DNA of 63,765 nucleotides, filler included, from Chrysochromulina tobinii (taxonomy: Eukaryota), in NCBI GenBank assembly GCA_001275005.1. It is 5 parts of 5 records of this genome, joined end to end, with 100 filler letters (N's around TTAATTAATTAA, not from the genome) between each part and the next. Parts side by side here need not be neighbours in the genome. Positions count along the whole stretch, not along the records: positions 59,608 to 63,765 come from JWZX01001214.1; 4 more parts are not named here. The stretch is one strand, 5' to 3'. Below are positions 60,566 through 63,765 of the stretch, piece after piece. Below the pieces are notes generated by a model. The model was not told the origin of the DNA. It did no database searches and was given only the letters and a program-made list of their open reading frames with translations. Both the position numbers and the translations under genes were made by a program. The stretch's first letter is position 1. The number at the start of each line of letters is the position of its first letter.

Positions 60566-63500
60566 TCACACATGGTCAGCATGAAGCACGCGGCTGTCGA
60601 GCGACTCCTTGAGCACCGCCGCCTTGGCCGCCGCCTTTCGCTTCAGCGTCTCGTCGTTCCAGATCAGGCACTGCTGGCCAAAGTGGAGGAAGCGGTCCTT
60701 GCTGCCAGCGCTCACAAACTCGATCGAGCCGTCGTGCGCCTTCTCCTTGGTCATCTCGCAGTGCACGAGATACTCGTCGTCGCACTGGTCCTTGAGCATC
60801 TTGCGCAGCTGCTTGTACGCCCGGCCCGTCGCCGCCTTGACCGCCTTGGCCGACCTTGACGGCGAGGCCGAGGACGACGTGCTGCTTGCATCGTCTCCGA
60901 GGGCGCTCTCGCCGATCAGAACGCTGCCCGAATACACCCTCTCAAACAACTTGACCGCCTCTACCTCCGCCTTCGACACCGCCTGAGACGGCAGTCCCTT
61001 AACCGACTCCAGCGGCAGCCCCGCAACGCAGCCTGCGGCGGCGGTCATCTTGACGATCTGAAGGCCGGCCGAGATGATCTTGCGGTTCTCGACCAGCCAT
61101 TTCTTGGGCATTTCCAGCTTGTAGCCGTCGCCGTCGGGGCCGCAGGGCACCGCGCAGCCGGTCACCGGGTCGAGGAAGACGAGGCGGTACTTGTCCTTCA
61201 GGAACTCCCTCTTGACGAGCTGCATGAGCTTCGAGCTCGTCGCCTCCATCGGCAGGAGCACGAAGAGGCGGGGGCAGTCGAGCTCGCCCTCAGCGAGCCG
61301 GCCGAGACTGCGCTCAACACGCTGCATCTTGGACTCGGTCTCCACCTTGAGCTCACTGAGCTCCTGCATCGCCTGTCGGAACATGTCCGACTGCTGCTGC
61401 AGCATGGCACTCAGCGCGCTCGCGAGCTCGCCGCCGGTACCGCCGGGCATCTGCGAGAGCACCGCGAAGGCATGCTGGCGCAGCAGGCCCTGCGAAGTCT
61501 CCAAGGCTGCCTTCTCCTCGGCCAGGTCTGACTGCTCTGCTGCCGTCGTCGTCGCGTCGCCCTGTGCCGCACCAATCTGCACGAGGGAGAGGCTCAACGC
61601 TTCCGCCTCGGATTCAGTCGAGATCAGCCGCGTCGCCAGCGCCAGCTGCGACGACGCCTCCAGCTCAGAGCCCTTGGAGAGTGAGTGCTCCATCTTCTCG
61701 AGCATCGCGACGACGCCACTCCTCGCCCCCTTACCGCCCTCTCCGCCCTCTCCGCCCTCCTCGCAGCTTCGGTCGATGGGAGCGCTGTCGCTGCCAAAGG
61801 TCGGGCGCTGCGTATACTCGGCATGCCAGCAGCCCTCGATCAGCCGCACCATCGCCCCGTTGGTCTTGTCCCGCCACTCCTCGTTCGGGTCGGCCAGCGT
61901 CGGCCGCACGCCCTTGGCCACCGCCTGCGGCAACGACGTCGCAGCCGCCAGCATCTTCGCGTACGGCTGCTCGCCACAGACGACGATCCACGCGAGGATG
62001 GAAAAGGCGTAGACGTCAGCTTCGGGGCCCACGTGCGGCGGATGGACGAAGAGCTCGGGCGCCTTGAAGGGCAGCGTGCCACGCCCGCCCACGGTCGACT
62101 GAGACATGGAGGTCATGTTGGCAGAGGTGGAGAGCCCGAAGTCGGTGATCCACGGCACGTCGAGCGGCCCGATGAGCACATTCTCCGGCTTCAGGTCGAG
62201 GTGGATGATCTTGTGCGCGTGCACCGCCTCCATGCCGCGCGCGATGCCCGCGAGTAGCCGCACCGTGGTCAATGGCGTCTGGAACTTGTGGTTGTCGAGC
62301 GCGTCCTGAAGCGTGCCGCTCGGGGCGTAGCTCATCAGGATCATCGGCACCGGCTCGAAGCATGCGCCATACAGCTTGATGACATTCGGATGGCGCACGC
62401 GAGACAGCGCGCGCACCTCTCGCCGCACCGCCTGGTTGAACGAATCGTGCGGGGACATTGGGCCAAAGGCATCCGGCGAGATCTGCTTGCCGCGGCTACC
62501 CTTGGGGGCCCGCGGCTGCTTGATGGCGACCTCCATCCCGTGCCACCAGCCGCGCACCACGACCCCCTGCCCGCCCTCGCCGAGCTTCTCGAGGATCCTG
62601 ATCTCGCGCGCATCGAGCTCAAACGCCTTGAGGAGCTCCTGCGCCCGCGTCATGCGGTCCTTGGCACTGGAAGACCCGTCGAAGCGATCGCTCATCTCGA
62701 TGTGAACGCCGCCACAGCTACCGCCGCCGCCGCCACCGCCGCTGGGGATGGAGGCCGCGGCCACCACGACGCTGCACGCGGGCGGCTCCTGTTGATTGAG
62801 GTCGTCTGCGGAGACCGTGCTCACGGACACATTGCGGAGCCAATGGTTGACATCTTTGCACCGCAGCTTGACTTGCGTGCGCCTCGTCCACCAGCAGACC
62901 ATCGCCAGGCACAACAGCAGCCCAATAATCGCCGCGGGCACGGCGATTGCGAGGATGGTGATGGCGCTGCCACCGGCGCTATTCAGCGCGCCCGGCGGCC
63001 GTTGCGGGGTCGGCGAGGGCGAGGGCGAGGAAGGCGGCGGCGGAGGTGCGACGTTCGCGACGATGGGCGGCGTCACGACCGCGAGCACGGCGATCGAGAC
63101 GCCGGTGACGCTCGCGAGCATGGAGGTCGCGCTGCTTGGGCTGCTCGTCGCGCTGGCCACCGCCGACTGCACCGAGGTCGCCATCGCCGTGGGCGTGAGG
63201 ATGCGCACGCCGACGATGACGCTGCCCGACGTGACCGTCACCATGACCGCCGATGGGTCAACGCCCGCCTGGGCCGCGATCGCGCTCTGCATCTCGGTCC
63301 GCACGCTCGGGGTGAAGGAGGAGACGTCGCCGGCGAGCCGGAGGGCAAAGTCGACGACGCTCATCGCTGGCGGCGACGGCGGCGGCGGCTGCAAGGACGA
63401 GGACGACGGTGAGGGCGGCGGGGGCGATCCGTTGATGACCGACAGCTGCGTGGCCGACAGGTAGGCAAAGTCAGCATCCAGCGTGGGGTTGGCTCGTGTG

Positions 63501-63765
63501 GAGAAGCAGGTCTTATAGAGACCGATATTGAGCAGCTGGACCGAGATGGCGCCGTTGCTGATCGTGCCGCCCGGCTGCGCGGTTCGTGCAAAGGCTGCGC
63601 CTGTGCAGGTCTGGTCGCCGGAAGGTAGGAAGACGAGGTGGGAGCCGTTGCTCAAGATCCCACTCACTGTGATGGTGGTCGTGGAGCTGCGCATGATGGT
63701 GCCGGGCGTCAGAATCACGGTCGGAGGGGCGGGTGGGGGCGAGGGCGGAGGCGAGGGCGGAGGCG
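60566..63765 (-). CDS. Receptor-like TKL-family protein kinase (5' end outside window): Pro-rich/SEA-like ectodomain, TM, kinase, C-terminal extension
   Basis: TM ITILAIAVPAAIIGLLLCLAMVCWW; LGEGGQG, VAIK, IIHLDLKPEN, ITDFG, GTLPFKAPE, DVYAF; C-terminal DCPRLFVLLP. Confidence 0.9.
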   Translation of the reverse strand, partial: PPPSPPPSPPPAPPTVILTPGTIMRSSTTTITVSGILSNGSHLVFLPSGDQTCTGAAFARTAQPGGTISNGAISVQLLNIGLYKTCFSTRANPTLDADFAYLSATQLSVINGSPPPPSPSSSSLQPPPPSPPAMSVVDFALRLAGDVSSFTPSVRTEMQSAIAAQAGVDPSAVMVTVTSGSVIVGVRILTPTAMATSVQSAVASATSSPSSATSMLASVTGVSIAVLAVVTPPIVANVAPPPPPSSPSPSPTPQRPPGALNSAGGSAITILAIAVPAAIIGLLLCLAMVCWWTRRTQVKLRCKDVNHWLRNVSVSTVSADDLNQQEPPACSVVVAAASIPSGGGGGGGSCGGVHIEMSDRFDGSSSAKDRMTRAQELLKAFELDAREIRILEKLGEGGQGVVVRGWWHGMEVAIKQPRAPKGSRGKQISPDAFGPMSPHDSFNQAVRREVRALSRVRHPNVIKLYGACFEPVPMILMSYAPSGTLQDALDNHKFQTPLTTVRLLAGIARGMEAVHAHKIIHLDLKPENVLIGPLDVPWITDFGLSTSANMTSMSQSTVGGRGTLPFKAPELFVHPPHVGPEADVYAFSILAWIVVCGEQPYAKMLAAATSLPQAVAKGVRPTLADPNEEWRDKTNGAMVRLIEGCWHAEYTQRPTFGSDSAPIDRSCEEGGEGGEGGKGARSGVVAMLEKMEHSLSKGSELEASSQLALATRLISTESEAEALSLSLVQIGAAQGDATTTAAEQSDLAEEKAALETSQGLLRQHAFAVLSQMPGGTGGELASALSAMLQQQSDMFRQAMQELSELKVETESKMQRVERSLGRLAEGELDCPRLFVLLPMEATSSKLMQLVKREFLKDKYRLVFLDPVTGCAVPCGPDGDGYKLEMPKKWLVENRKIISAGLQIVKMTAAAGCVAGLPLESVKGLPSQAVSKAEVEAVKLFERVYSGSVLIGESALGDDASSTSSSASPSRSAKAVKAATGRAYKQLRKMLKDQCDDEYLVHCEMTKEKAHDGSIEFVSAGSKDRFLHFGQQCLIWNDETLKRKAAAKAAVLKESLDSRVLHADHV

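Noticed and set aside
1..63765. tRNA, rRNA or snRNA genes
   Set aside because: No characteristic motifs seen by eye; a covariance-model scan (tRNAscan-SE/Infernal) would be needed to exclude them

Overview
This is GC-rich, gene-dense eukaryotic nuclear DNA with short GT-AG introns. Gene content and style suggest a haptophyte-like alga (inference). The window is five contigs joined by artificial 100-nt N/TTAATTAATTAA spacers, so synteny across the spacers is not evidence. Recognisable genes: TBCA, NAA20, an HCF164-like thioredoxin, a CCDC174-like protein, a GT47 exostosin, a tandem O-methyltransferase, kinesin-5, RIT1, an inositol 5-phosphatase, an ankyrin-repeat protein, a vWA protein and a receptor-like kinase. 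The standout is a complete 4.8-kb CACTA/EnSpm (CMC)-type DNA transposon at 30941-35743. It has 125-bp perfect TIRs, a TA duplication, an intron-containing DDE transposase (frameshifted by a 7-bp duplication), and a divergent second gene encoding an SH3-like plus HP1-type chromodomain protein. Also notable: introns made of CTCTGATGAC-like microrepeats bounded by duplicated exon sequence (possible ongoing intron gain), a kinase-PARP fusion, a tandem ART-domain ADP-ribosyltransferase, and a kinesin-5 ending in a SAP domain.
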